Shown here piece after piece: positions 47,171 through 55,502 of a stretch of 64,000 bases of DNA. The stretch is taken from assembly GCA_024277615.1 (NCBI GenBank), contig JAJRUW010000068.1, positions 6,047 to 70,046 of the forward strand. Direction: 5' to 3'. Every line of letters begins with the position of its first letter. The first letter of the stretch is position 1. The stretch is from Fidelibacterota bacterium (GTDB lineage: Bacteria > Fidelibacterota > Marinisomatia > SCGC-AAA003-L08 > JACNLC01). The notes under the pieces were generated by a model, which searched no databases, had not been told where the DNA came from, and saw only the letters and a program-made list of their open reading frames with translations. Made by a program: the position numbers and the translations under genes.

Positions 47171-48976
47171 CTAATCCAGTTTTACAATATTCGGTGTGAC
47201 AAAGAGCAATAGCTCACGCTGCTCGGCAATCGAAGATTTATGGGTAAACAATTTTTTCAAAAGCGGGATATCACCGAGAACAGGAACCTTTTTAGTATTG
47301 TCAATGACCTGATCAAAAATCAATCCGCCGATTAACAGTGTCTCACCGTCTTTAACCATGACCTGGTTATTCAGTGATCGGGTTGAGATGATGGGTCTGT
47401 CGTTGTTGGGACCGGTCATGCCGACGAGGGCTTCGACGATGGCATTCAATTTGATGGAAATATACTCATCCTGATTAATTCTGGGTGTTACATTCAGCGT
47501 GATATTAATATCTTCCTGTTCAAAGGAGTACTGGGTTTCAGATAGTATAGTACTGCTGTTCTGTGGCACAAGGATCGGGAAGGTTGTCCCGACATTCATG
47601 GTTGCAGTGGTATTATTTAAAGTCGTGGTTTGCGGCTCCTGGATCAGGCGTGTATCTCCGTCAGAGGAGAGCAGATCCATGATACCCTTAAAGACCGGCA
47701 GACTAAGCGTAGCGATTTTCAAATTTGTGAGCTTTCCAAGGTCCACTATAGAACTCAGGTCAGACTGTTCGGCGGAGGTCTTGGCAGGGGCACTCAGTTC
47801 GGCTCTCATAGTCCAGTCGATGCCCAGCTTCTCATCCAGCGTCAACTTTGTCTCTATGAACTTAACGGCAATATTGATCTGTTCTATCCGCCTGTCGAGC
47901 CTTGAGATGACGGATTCGATTTGATCGAAATTTGCATAAATGTCCGTTACAATTATATGGTCCAGACTCGTCTGCTGCTGATTCCCGTAACCGCCGAGAC
48001 CACCCAGTCCACCCTGAGCGCTCCCGCCATAACGGCCTGAAGTTGAGCCCGTTGTGTACCCTGACAGGCTGGCCTGGGTGCCGGTTTGGCCATAACCGCC
48101 TGTTCCCTGACCGGTCAGTCCGCCACTGCCATAGGGTGTCACACTGCCGATGCCGCCAGCTCCGTATGAAGAACCGTACAGACCGAGTCCACCCTGGGGA
48201 ATGGGTGTGAATACCTGTACCTTACCTTTTTTTGAGAGTACATTTTCAAGTGCCGTAGCCAGCGAAATTGCATCTGCATACTCCAGTTTATAGACTCTCG
48301 TAGTCAGTTCGCCCGCCATATCGTCGGCAGTGGGTTTGATGACGACAATATTACCCTGCACGAACCACGAATATCCGTTGACTTTTAAGATAGCATCCAG
48401 TGCATCCCCCAGATTGACATCCGTAAGGGTCACGGTTACTTTGCCCTCGATATCGGCACCTGCGATAATATTGAGATTGTTCTGTTCAGCCAGGAGCCGG
48501 AGGATATCCAGTAAAGGAGCATCCTTGAAATTAAGCGAGCCGGTTTGACTGAATTGAAAGGCTTCTTCCAGAGGATTGTCAGCAGGAGCTTCAGACTCCG
48601 GAGACCGCCAGGCGACGATAACGCGGTTACCGCTGTTGTGAATTGTGTAATCGGGCAACGATGTAAAACGGAGCATTACGATCAGATTATTATGCCCTGT
48701 ATTGGCAAACATCTCACTGGCATCAATTCTGTACAGCGGAGGCAGGTCCAACTGTTTGCTGAAATGGTCAATGTCGAATTTTTTAGTGGAGAAAGTCAAC
48801 TTCAACTGTGGTGGTGATGAAAATTCATCGGCATTGATCAAATCTTCACCCAGGGTAATTGACACAACTGAACTGTCCCCGTTCAAGTAGGTTGTAACCC
48901 ACTCCTGATGTTGGGAAAAGAGACACAAAGGAAGTATCAATAAGATTATTGGAAGTATTTTTTTTCTGTAATTCAT
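47171..48976 (-). CDS. pilQ: Type IV pilus secretin (PilQ/MshL-like) with Gly/Tyr/Ser-rich insertion
   Basis: It has a signal peptide, an AMIN-like N-terminal domain and an N0-like region LNFKDAPLLDILRLLAEQ. The secretin C-terminus is VPVLGDIPLLKKLF...RELLLFVTPNIV. An 80-aa low-complexity insert sits at aa ~257-337. Confidence 0.9.
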   Translation of the reverse strand: MNYRKKILPIILLILPLCLFSQHQEWVTTYLNGDSSVVSITLGEDLINADEFSSPPQLKLTFSTKKFDIDHFSKQLDLPPLYRIDASEMFANTGHNNLIVMLRFTSLPDYTIHNSGNRVIVAWRSPESEAPADNPLEEAFQFSQTGSLNFKDAPLLDILRLLAEQNNLNIIAGADIEGKVTVTLTDVNLGDALDAILKVNGYSWFVQGNIVVIKPTADDMAGELTTRVYKLEYADAISLATALENVLSKKGKVQVFTPIPQGGLGLYGSSYGAGGIGSVTPYGSGGLTGQGTGGYGQTGTQASLSGYTTGSTSGRYGGSAQGGLGGLGGYGNQQQTSLDHIIVTDIYANFDQIESVISRLDRRIEQINIAVKFIETKLTLDEKLGIDWTMRAELSAPAKTSAEQSDLSSIVDLGKLTNLKIATLSLPVFKGIMDLLSSDGDTRLIQEPQTTTLNNTTATMNVGTTFPILVPQNSSTILSETQYSFEQEDINITLNVTPRINQDEYISIKLNAIVEALVGMTGPNNDRPIISTRSLNNQVMVKDGETLLIGGLIFDQVIDNTKKVPVLGDIPLLKKLFTHKSSIAEQRELLLFVTPNIVKLD

Positions 48977-48980
48977 GGTA

Positions 48981-49463
48981 TTATTGTGTTAGTATTAATC
49001 GGATTGATTGATCCCCCTTGCTCAATATTACATACCGGAATGCAATCTTATCGAGACGGTAGCCACTGATCACGTCGCCTTCCCGCAAAATATTTGAATT
49101 GATCACAGCCGTGCAGCTGTTGCTGATGCAGGAGATTCCGGTGAGGTCCAGAGTCGATGCTTTTGTTGCTTTGTCAAACAGCAGACCGTCGCCTTCCTGC
49201 AGATCAGCCGAAACATAATAAAATGGGTCTTGCGACCAGTCTTCCGGCCAGCCGGATTTTAACAATTTCTCAATTCGGGACATATCGGGAATGCTTACAG
49301 CCGGAGCGACGGGAGCGGTAACGGTTGCAGCAATGGCAGCTGTCTCCGATTGCACCGCCGTTCCGGTTTTACCTCCCAGATAGCCTGAATCCCAAAGGTA
49401 ATAGACAATCACTGCCAGTAAAACTGCTGCTAAAATGTACTGACGTTTATTTTCACTGTTCAT
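48981..49463 (-). CDS. PilP/MshK-like pilus assembly protein (single N-terminal TM)
   Basis: 160 aa with an N-terminal TM (YILAAVLLAVIVYYLW). Its position between the PilO-like gene and the secretin matches PilP/MshK. I recognised no diagnostic motif. Confidence 0.4.
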   Translation of the reverse strand: MNSENKRQYILAAVLLAVIVYYLWDSGYLGGKTGTAVQSETAAIAATVTAPVAPAVSIPDMSRIEKLLKSGWPEDWSQDPFYYVSADLQEGDGLLFDKATKASTLDLTGISCISNSCTAVINSNILREGDVISGYRLDKIAFRYVILSKGDQSIRLILTQ

Positions 49464-50041
49464 ATTTTACGGTCCCCTGCAACGTACCAATAAGTATAGA
49501 GCAGCATTTCTCCGGTCAGGGCTCCGCCCGGTTCGAGTTCGGATTCGATATCAAGTGAGCCGATATTGATCAATGCGTCTGAATTGACGAATTCTTCAAT
49601 CATGGCGGTGATAGAAAAGAAATCTCCCATAAACTGGAATTGAATCGGGATTCTCTCAATATGTTTTTTAGTAGTGACCAATTGATATTTGATTGCGGGA
49701 AAGGAATCCCTCAGGTCCGGTGAAAAGGAAATAATGCGGATATTTTGTTTTTTTGCCACACTTCGGATTTTTTCCAGTACATCCACAAAATTATTATGGC
49801 TCGATAAAGAATATTGCAGCGTGTCAAAATCGGCCTCACTTTTCGTGAAATGAGCTTTGATCAACGGGTAATACTCCACCGACAGGTTCAGGGTTTCGAT
49901 CTGTTTCTCAACCCTGGAAAGTTCTTCCTGTTTTTGGATCAGGTTGCCGCCGTCGATATAAATTACTTTAACGGCCCACCACAGGAATGCGACAACGAGG
50001 ACTGCCAGGAGTATGATATAAGTACGTTTGTACTTTTTCAT
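49460..50041 (-). CDS. PilO/MshJ-like pilus assembly protein
   Basis: 193 aa with an N-terminal TM (TYIILLAVLVVAFLWWAV), a coiled-coil segment (QKQEELSRVEKQIETL) and then an alpha/beta domain. Its position follows the PilM-PilN fusion. Confidence 0.5.
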   Translation of the reverse strand: MKKYKRTYIILLAVLVVAFLWWAVKVIYIDGGNLIQKQEELSRVEKQIETLNLSVEYYPLIKAHFTKSEADFDTLQYSLSSHNNFVDVLEKIRSVAKKQNIRIISFSPDLRDSFPAIKYQLVTTKKHIERIPIQFQFMGDFFSITAMIEEFVNSDALINIGSLDIESELEPGGALTGEMLLYTYWYVAGDRKI

Positions 50042-50042
50042 A

Positions 50043-53000
50043 TCAGATCCCCAGCTTCAGATTAAACAAAAACTTATTGGATGCCTTCTCGGCAATATCT
50101 TCCATGTCAATGGAAACCGACGAAAAATAAGGCAGTTGTTCGAGCTTAAGCCTGAAATTCGTGAGTTGTATATGCGCCAGGGATACATCACTGGTTACAA
50201 AACCGTTCAGCAGGAGGACGTCATCAATTGAATTAACGGTTTTTACACCATTATCATCGACGGTTTCACGGGTCTCTTTAGTGAATGAAAGCGATGTCAG
50301 CTTGATATCTTTGGGGATTATGTTAGACAACAGTTTGAGAAGATTTCTCTGATAAACGGTATAGACCCTGTCATTTTCCAACAGACGATAATAGTCCTCA
50401 ATGAGCTTTGTATCTTTCTGCAGAGTCAGCATCTCGTTTTTACGCTTCGTTAACTGTTCGGCGTGAATCCGTTTTTCGTCCAGCTTCACGGAGATCGAAT
50501 CATATCTCGTACTCATCCAGAATCCGGAGACGGCAAAAAGCGGGAGTAAAACTACAGCCATGGCCGTCATGAGTTTGCTCCTGAAAATATAGCGGTATTC
50601 GCTGCGGTTTTTTTCGGGTATGATGTTGAGGGGTTCGGTATTTTTTGCCAACAGGGCAAAGTTTGTCACAAAGTTCGGGAGTTGGCTTTCTGCAATTACC
50701 TTTCCGCCTTTGAACCTGTATTTCCCTGTGCGCAGGGGATTGAAATATCCTGCTTTCAGGTTCAGGCTTTGATTGATGGTCTGAACAAGATTGGGAAAAG
50801 TCGAGCCGACCCCGTCAAACAACATGACCTCCCAGTTCAAGTCCGGATTCTGTTTTTTGAAATAGTTTAGAGAACGGTTTAATTCGCTGGTTATGCGCTC
50901 AACCACCGGTCGCAGGAATATTGAGATCTTATAGAGATCGATGTGTGAACCTTCCGAAATGCCCGTGCGGTCTTTTGGGAATCCATATTTTTTTAATAGC
51001 TGTCGGGCCATGGGAAGATCAATCTGAATGGATTTGTCATCAGCGGTCACTTTTTTCATTACGGCTTTATAAAGATCATCTGCGCCGATGGCAATTTCCC
51101 TGGAAAAAGCCAGCTTGTGAGAGTTGATCACCGTAACCACGGTGCGCATTTCACCCATCCGAACCAGCACGTAACAACCTCGATTCAGATCCGGATAATT
51201 TTGCATGAATGCTTTCCACATTATCACCGGAATGGTGGAATAATAACGTAATTTCAGCTTGTGTATTTCAAAAGTAGCAATGGACTTTTCGATGACACTT
51301 CTATCGCCGGCACTAATCACGATATCATCTTTAATACTCTTATCCGGAGATTTGATCTGTTCCCAGTTGATCACCGCATGATCGGAACTGAATGGCAGGT
51401 TCTTCTTGGCATGCCAGGCTACGAGGTCAGACAGATCACCGGATTTTAAGCGGGGAGTTTGAAAAATGTGGGTCTTTGTGGGATGCTTCGCCGAAAGAAA
51501 AGCTGAATAAGAAATACTCCGGACAGAATCGTCAATATCATTTTCAAGCACGTGGTCGATGAGTTTTTCCACTGAGTCCAGGGTCAGCTTTCCCTCGTGA
51601 TAGGGGAGTGTGTACTCCCTGAAATCCCGGATTTCAGTACCTTTCCCATCCTCTTTTATCTGGAGCAGCCAGAGTTGATTGTTATCCTGGTGCAGACTAA
51701 TTTTATATGTAGCTTCATTAAACTTATTCTTTAAAGATGTGAGAAAATGGCCGCCCTTCGGCTTTATCTCAAGCTCAGGGATAACTTTAAACAACTCTTC
51801 ATCGAAGCCCGGAGGTTTTACCACAACCGGTGCGACTTCTCCCTTTTTCAAAGCTGTATTTTTCAACAGGGCATCCGGTTTACCAGGGGAACTTGCAGGC
51901 TTTGCGGATGGCTCCTCTATGGGGCTTAAAATGTTGCTCCCCTTTTTTAGTTTAGCCGCATCTTCGGTACTCCCCTTCTCGATACGGGAAAGACGCATTT
52001 TGCCGGAAGAGGTTGCAATAGAAACAGTGGGTGTCAGTCCGGCTTTTTCCTTGCGGACTTCCCGGGGTTTCTTTTCTGCCGGCGTATCTGTTGCAGCGGG
52101 TTTGGACTTCACCGCTTCAGGCGACTTGGTAATTCCTTTCCCGGCGGCAGGTTTTGCAGCTTTCGGTTCCTTCGATCGCTCAGGTGCTGCGGGCTCGTCG
52201 GGTTTACTCCCGAGCTTATCTTTCAACAATTCCTCTAATCGTGCAGTTTCCCCGGCTGCGCCAAGAGTTTCGGAAGCTGCCTTTCCGTCCGCCCCGGCAG
52301 TTTTAAGGCGTGGGGCCTCTTTTTTACCGCTGGATTGGGATTCTTCCTTTATTTTCGGGGTCTCTGCCTGCGGTTGGTCTTTTTCTTTGCGTTTTGGCGG
52401 AGTTTTTTCTACCGCATCCGGGCTTTTAGTCACTTTAGCAGGACTGGCAATTTCCGGTGTCTTCCCGGGTTGTACGGAAGGCGCTTCCGCTGGTTTATCA
52501 ACGCTTCTGACGGCAGATCTTTGATCAATATTATTTAAGATCTCTTCAATTCTGGCCAGTTCCCTGGTGACGGCATTTTTGGTAGAAGCCTTCTTTGGAA
52601 CGGCCGGCGTGCCCTGTGTGGAGGTGGTTTCAACTGTGTGAGCGCTCCGTTGGTTGGCCGCCGCACCGGCGGCTTTCTTCTTGGCTGCAATCAGTTCATC
52701 CAGTTTGGAGACGGGGGCAGGAGTCGTTTTTTTGGGAGCGGATAATTCTGATTTACCGGATATATCCGATTTACGTAAATCTGCACTTGTGGTCTTTTTC
52801 TGTGAGTCTGTGTTTTCGGATTTTTCCGATTTTTGGCGGGTCAACCTTAGTTTTTCGAGCAACCCCGTTTTTTCCGACGTGTTCCCCGACTTTAATCCGG
52901 GTTCTGCTGCGGGCTTTGGCGACTTTTTCTCTCCTCTCAATGTCCCGGGAATTTTTATTTCTGTTTTCTTGGATTTGGTAACCGGCAGTACTTTGGGCTG

Positions 53001-53240
53001 GATAACAGATTCGTGATCATGCTCTGCCCTTTCCTGTTTTTTCCCGGTAGTATCGGATTTCTGTTCGGGCTTTGGGGTTTCCTTGCCTTCTGAGTTATTT
53101 TTAGATTCGTCATCGGGGGCTTGAGAAGGTTTTTCCGGTACTGCTCTGGTGCGCAGTTCTTTCTCCGCATCCTGTGCCCTCAACAGGTCTAAAAGCCTGT
53201 TGGTGGCAATTTCACCTCGTTTAGATGTCGGATTAGACAT
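50043..53240 (-). CDS. PilM-PilN fusion (MshI-like) with ~450-aa Lys/Pro/Ala/Glu/Ser/Thr-rich disordered N-terminal region
   Basis: I chose the start at ATG 53240 (MSNPTSKRGE), which overlaps the exeA-like stop. The ORF-track aa ~530-900 look like an actin-like PilM fold (ISLHQDNNQLWLLQ..., LFDGVGSTFPNLVQ). A TM follows (LMTAMAVVLLPLFAVSGFWM), then a PilN-like periplasmic domain. Confidence 0.7.
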   Translation of the reverse strand: MSNPTSKRGEIATNRLLDLLRAQDAEKELRTRAVPEKPSQAPDDESKNNSEGKETPKPEQKSDTTGKKQERAEHDHESVIQPKVLPVTKSKKTEIKIPGTLRGEKKSPKPAAEPGLKSGNTSEKTGLLEKLRLTRQKSEKSENTDSQKKTTSADLRKSDISGKSELSAPKKTTPAPVSKLDELIAAKKKAAGAAANQRSAHTVETTSTQGTPAVPKKASTKNAVTRELARIEEILNNIDQRSAVRSVDKPAEAPSVQPGKTPEIASPAKVTKSPDAVEKTPPKRKEKDQPQAETPKIKEESQSSGKKEAPRLKTAGADGKAASETLGAAGETARLEELLKDKLGSKPDEPAAPERSKEPKAAKPAAGKGITKSPEAVKSKPAATDTPAEKKPREVRKEKAGLTPTVSIATSSGKMRLSRIEKGSTEDAAKLKKGSNILSPIEEPSAKPASSPGKPDALLKNTALKKGEVAPVVVKPPGFDEELFKVIPELEIKPKGGHFLTSLKNKFNEATYKISLHQDNNQLWLLQIKEDGKGTEIRDFREYTLPYHEGKLTLDSVEKLIDHVLENDIDDSVRSISYSAFLSAKHPTKTHIFQTPRLKSGDLSDLVAWHAKKNLPFSSDHAVINWEQIKSPDKSIKDDIVISAGDRSVIEKSIATFEIHKLKLRYYSTIPVIMWKAFMQNYPDLNRGCYVLVRMGEMRTVVTVINSHKLAFSREIAIGADDLYKAVMKKVTADDKSIQIDLPMARQLLKKYGFPKDRTGISEGSHIDLYKISIFLRPVVERITSELNRSLNYFKKQNPDLNWEVMLFDGVGSTFPNLVQTINQSLNLKAGYFNPLRTGKYRFKGGKVIAESQLPNFVTNFALLAKNTEPLNIIPEKNRSEYRYIFRSKLMTAMAVVLLPLFAVSGFWMSTRYDSISVKLDEKRIHAEQLTKRKNEMLTLQKDTKLIEDYYRLLENDRVYTVYQRNLLKLLSNIIPKDIKLTSLSFTKETRETVDDNGVKTVNSIDDVLLLNGFVTSDVSLAHIQLTNFRLKLEQLPYFSSVSIDMEDIAEKASNKFLFNLKLGI

Positions 53241-54087
53241 TAAAAGGGTCCTCAGACTGCATTTTTTTAAAGACCAGCGTACTATCGACAATTTCCTTAC
53301 CGTTCAGGAGCATATCCATGATGAGATAATGACATAAATTGACAATTTTGCGCGGATACCCTTTCGTATGTTCGTGAATCATTTTTTTTGCTTCATCGGT
53401 GAAGAGACGTTCCCCCGCAGGCAGGCCGGCTACTTTCAGGCGGTGGTCGATAAAAGCAATAGTACTGCTCTCGTTGAGAGGTTTGATCACATAACCAAAA
53501 GCGATTCTGTCCTTAAAATTTTCATGCTGATTTACCAGTTCCTGAAATTCCGGTTGGGCAAAAATGACCACCTGGATCAGTTTTCGATCGTTGGTTTCAA
53601 AATTCAGTAATGTACGGATGACTTCTATCTGATCGGCTCCCATTTTCTGACCTTCATCGATTAATAGCACAATCTCTTTATTCGAGTGGATGGCCGAATC
53701 CAGCAGGAAATGTTCGACCTGGTTCATAGTGTCCGTTTTGACATCGGCTTTATTTTTAATTATGAAAAGTCGTTTCAAAAAGAGCAGAAACTCCATTCCA
53801 TCCCTCCAGGTCGGATTCAGGATCAGGAAAAAATCATAGTTTTTCCCGAATTCCACAAAACGGTCCAGGAGCAGGCGTGAAAGCGTAGTCTTTCCGGTCC
53901 CGACATCACCGATGACAACATGCAGTCCGCGATTGAGTCTGAGTGACATTTCGAGACGATTCAGGCATTCACCGTGATTTTTAGTTTGATAGAAAAACTC
54001 CGGATCAGGAGCCATGGCAAATGGTTCACGAACCAGTCCCAGCAGTTCATAATAACCGGCCTGAGAATTTTTTAGGGATGTACTCAA
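53233..54087 (-). CDS. ExeA/MshM-like AAA ATPase
   Basis: It has YYELLGLVREPFAMAPDPEFFY, Walker A GDVGTGKTT, Walker B LLIDEGQ and FAQPEF. 284 aa. Confidence 0.85.
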   Translation of the reverse strand: MSTSLKNSQAGYYELLGLVREPFAMAPDPEFFYQTKNHGECLNRLEMSLRLNRGLHVVIGDVGTGKTTLSRLLLDRFVEFGKNYDFFLILNPTWRDGMEFLLFLKRLFIIKNKADVKTDTMNQVEHFLLDSAIHSNKEIVLLIDEGQKMGADQIEVIRTLLNFETNDRKLIQVVIFAQPEFQELVNQHENFKDRIAFGYVIKPLNESSTIAFIDHRLKVAGLPAGERLFTDEAKKMIHEHTKGYPRKIVNLCHYLIMDMLLNGKEIVDSTLVFKKMQSEDPFNV

Positions 54088-54141
54088 ATATTGACCCTGT
54101 TAATTAAATAGAAATAAAACAACTTAAATCAATCGTGACTA

Positions 54142-54158
54142 TGCAAATTTCAAACCAA
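54142..54158 (-). promoter_or_regulatory. Candidate sigma54 promoter upstream of the exeA-pilMN-pilO-pilP-pilQ... operon
   Basis: The minus strand reads TTGGTTTGAAATTTGCA: TGG at -24 and TTGCA at -12 with GG-N10-GC spacing. It lies ~55 nt upstream of the ATG at 54087. Confidence 0.5.
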
Positions 54159-54563
54159 ACCTCTGCAATCAATGTCGGCCAATCGCCCTTAAAGGTGATC
54201 TTTCTCTCACAAAATGACGATTGTCCGATTAATAGCGTGGCTTGCATTCTGAGTGGCAGTGAAGATTTTTATTACACTAACCGGAGAGAAATTTACGGTG
54301 GGTCTGGCCATTATTTTAAGTAGAAATTGAGACTCCCCCTGACACTTTATATCCCGGAAAAAACGGCTGGTTTCAGCTTCGTGCATGAATGGCCGTTTTC
54401 CTTTCAGGTTGTTGCAGGACTGCCTGGGAGTTATCAGCAATTAGCCCGGGCGGGAATTCCAGGGAAAAATAGCGTATTAATCGCTGTGCAGTACCAGTTA
54501 CCGATTAGCGTCAATTTATTTTGAAGATGTGAATCATAGGGACAGCTAACCTAAATTTGCGCC

Positions 54564-55502
54564 ATGTTTTCCGACCTGATCAACAAGATTCGGCAGAGCG
54601 ACAGAACAGCCGTTGCCCGGGCGATTACCGCTATTGAGAACTCTCTGCCCGGACATGAGGAAATTCTTGCCGCTATTTATCCCTTCAGGGGCAGGGCCTT
54701 CCGCATCGGAATAACGGGTCCCCCAGGCGCCGGTAAAAGCTCTCTCACGGACAAATTGGTGACGCTCTACCGGCAACAGCAAAAAAAAGTCGCCGTAATT
54801 GGCGTTGATCCTACCAGTCCGTTCACCGGCGGCGCGCTTCTGGGCGATCGTATCCGAATGCTGGGCCACTTTGCTGATCCCGGCGTTTTTATCCGCAGTA
54901 TGGGCAGCCGCGGAGGGCATGGCGGACTGGCCCGCAAGACGCAGGAGGTGGGGGATGTGTTCGAAGCGGCCCGTTTTGATATTATTCTCTTTGAAACTGT
55001 CGGCGTCGGGCAGGTTGAACTGGATGTTGTCCAGGCTACCGACTCGGTGGTAGTGGTGCTGGTGCCGGAATCCGGCGATGAAATCCAGATGATGAAGGCA
55101 GGTCTTATGGAAATCGGCGATCTTTTCGTGATCAATAAGGCCGACCGTGACGAGGCCCGGAAATTGCAGGTCACATTGAACAATATCCTCAACTCTGCTC
55201 CCCGGTCGGCCGGGCAGTGGAAACCCGAAGTGCTGTTGACCGTGGCCACGACCGGTGACGGAGTGGACCCGCTCTTTCAAAAGATCGGGGCTCACTTGGA
55301 ATACCTCAGCGAAACAGGACTGTGGCAGCAGAAAATGAATGCCCGTTATACGCGTCAGGTCCGGGATCAGGTTGTCAGGCAGTTTAACAACTCTTTCTGG
55401 ACTCCTCAAAAAGAAAAAGCTCTTCAGGACCAGCTTGACCGTGAGCCGGGGGCAAGGATCAACCCTTTTAAACTGGCGGGGAGTCTCTTCACGAATGACT
55501 AA
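54564..55502 (+). CDS. meaB: Methylmalonyl-CoA mutase-associated GTPase MeaB/ArgK
   Basis: It has RAITAIEN, the P-loop GITGPPGAGKSSL, GGALLGDRIRM, ETVGVGQ and INKADRD. Confidence 0.9.
   Translation: MFSDLINKIRQSDRTAVARAITAIENSLPGHEEILAAIYPFRGRAFRIGITGPPGAGKSSLTDKLVTLYRQQQKKVAVIGVDPTSPFTGGALLGDRIRMLGHFADPGVFIRSMGSRGGHGGLARKTQEVGDVFEAARFDIILFETVGVGQVELDVVQATDSVVVVLVPESGDEIQMMKAGLMEIGDLFVINKADRDEARKLQVTLNNILNSAPRSAGQWKPEVLLTVATTGDGVDPLFQKIGAHLEYLSETGLWQQKMNARYTRQVRDQVVRQFNNSFWTPQKEKALQDQLDREPGARINPFKLAGSLFTND

Noticed and set aside
54088-54563. The strand switch (minus-strand genes to the left, plus-strand genes to the right) as a possible replication origin.
   Set aside because: I found no cluster of TTATCCACA-like DnaA boxes; the only weak match is TGTGAATCA. 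There is no dnaA or dnaN nearby. A cumulative GC-skew calculation on the whole replicon would be decisive, and I cannot run it.
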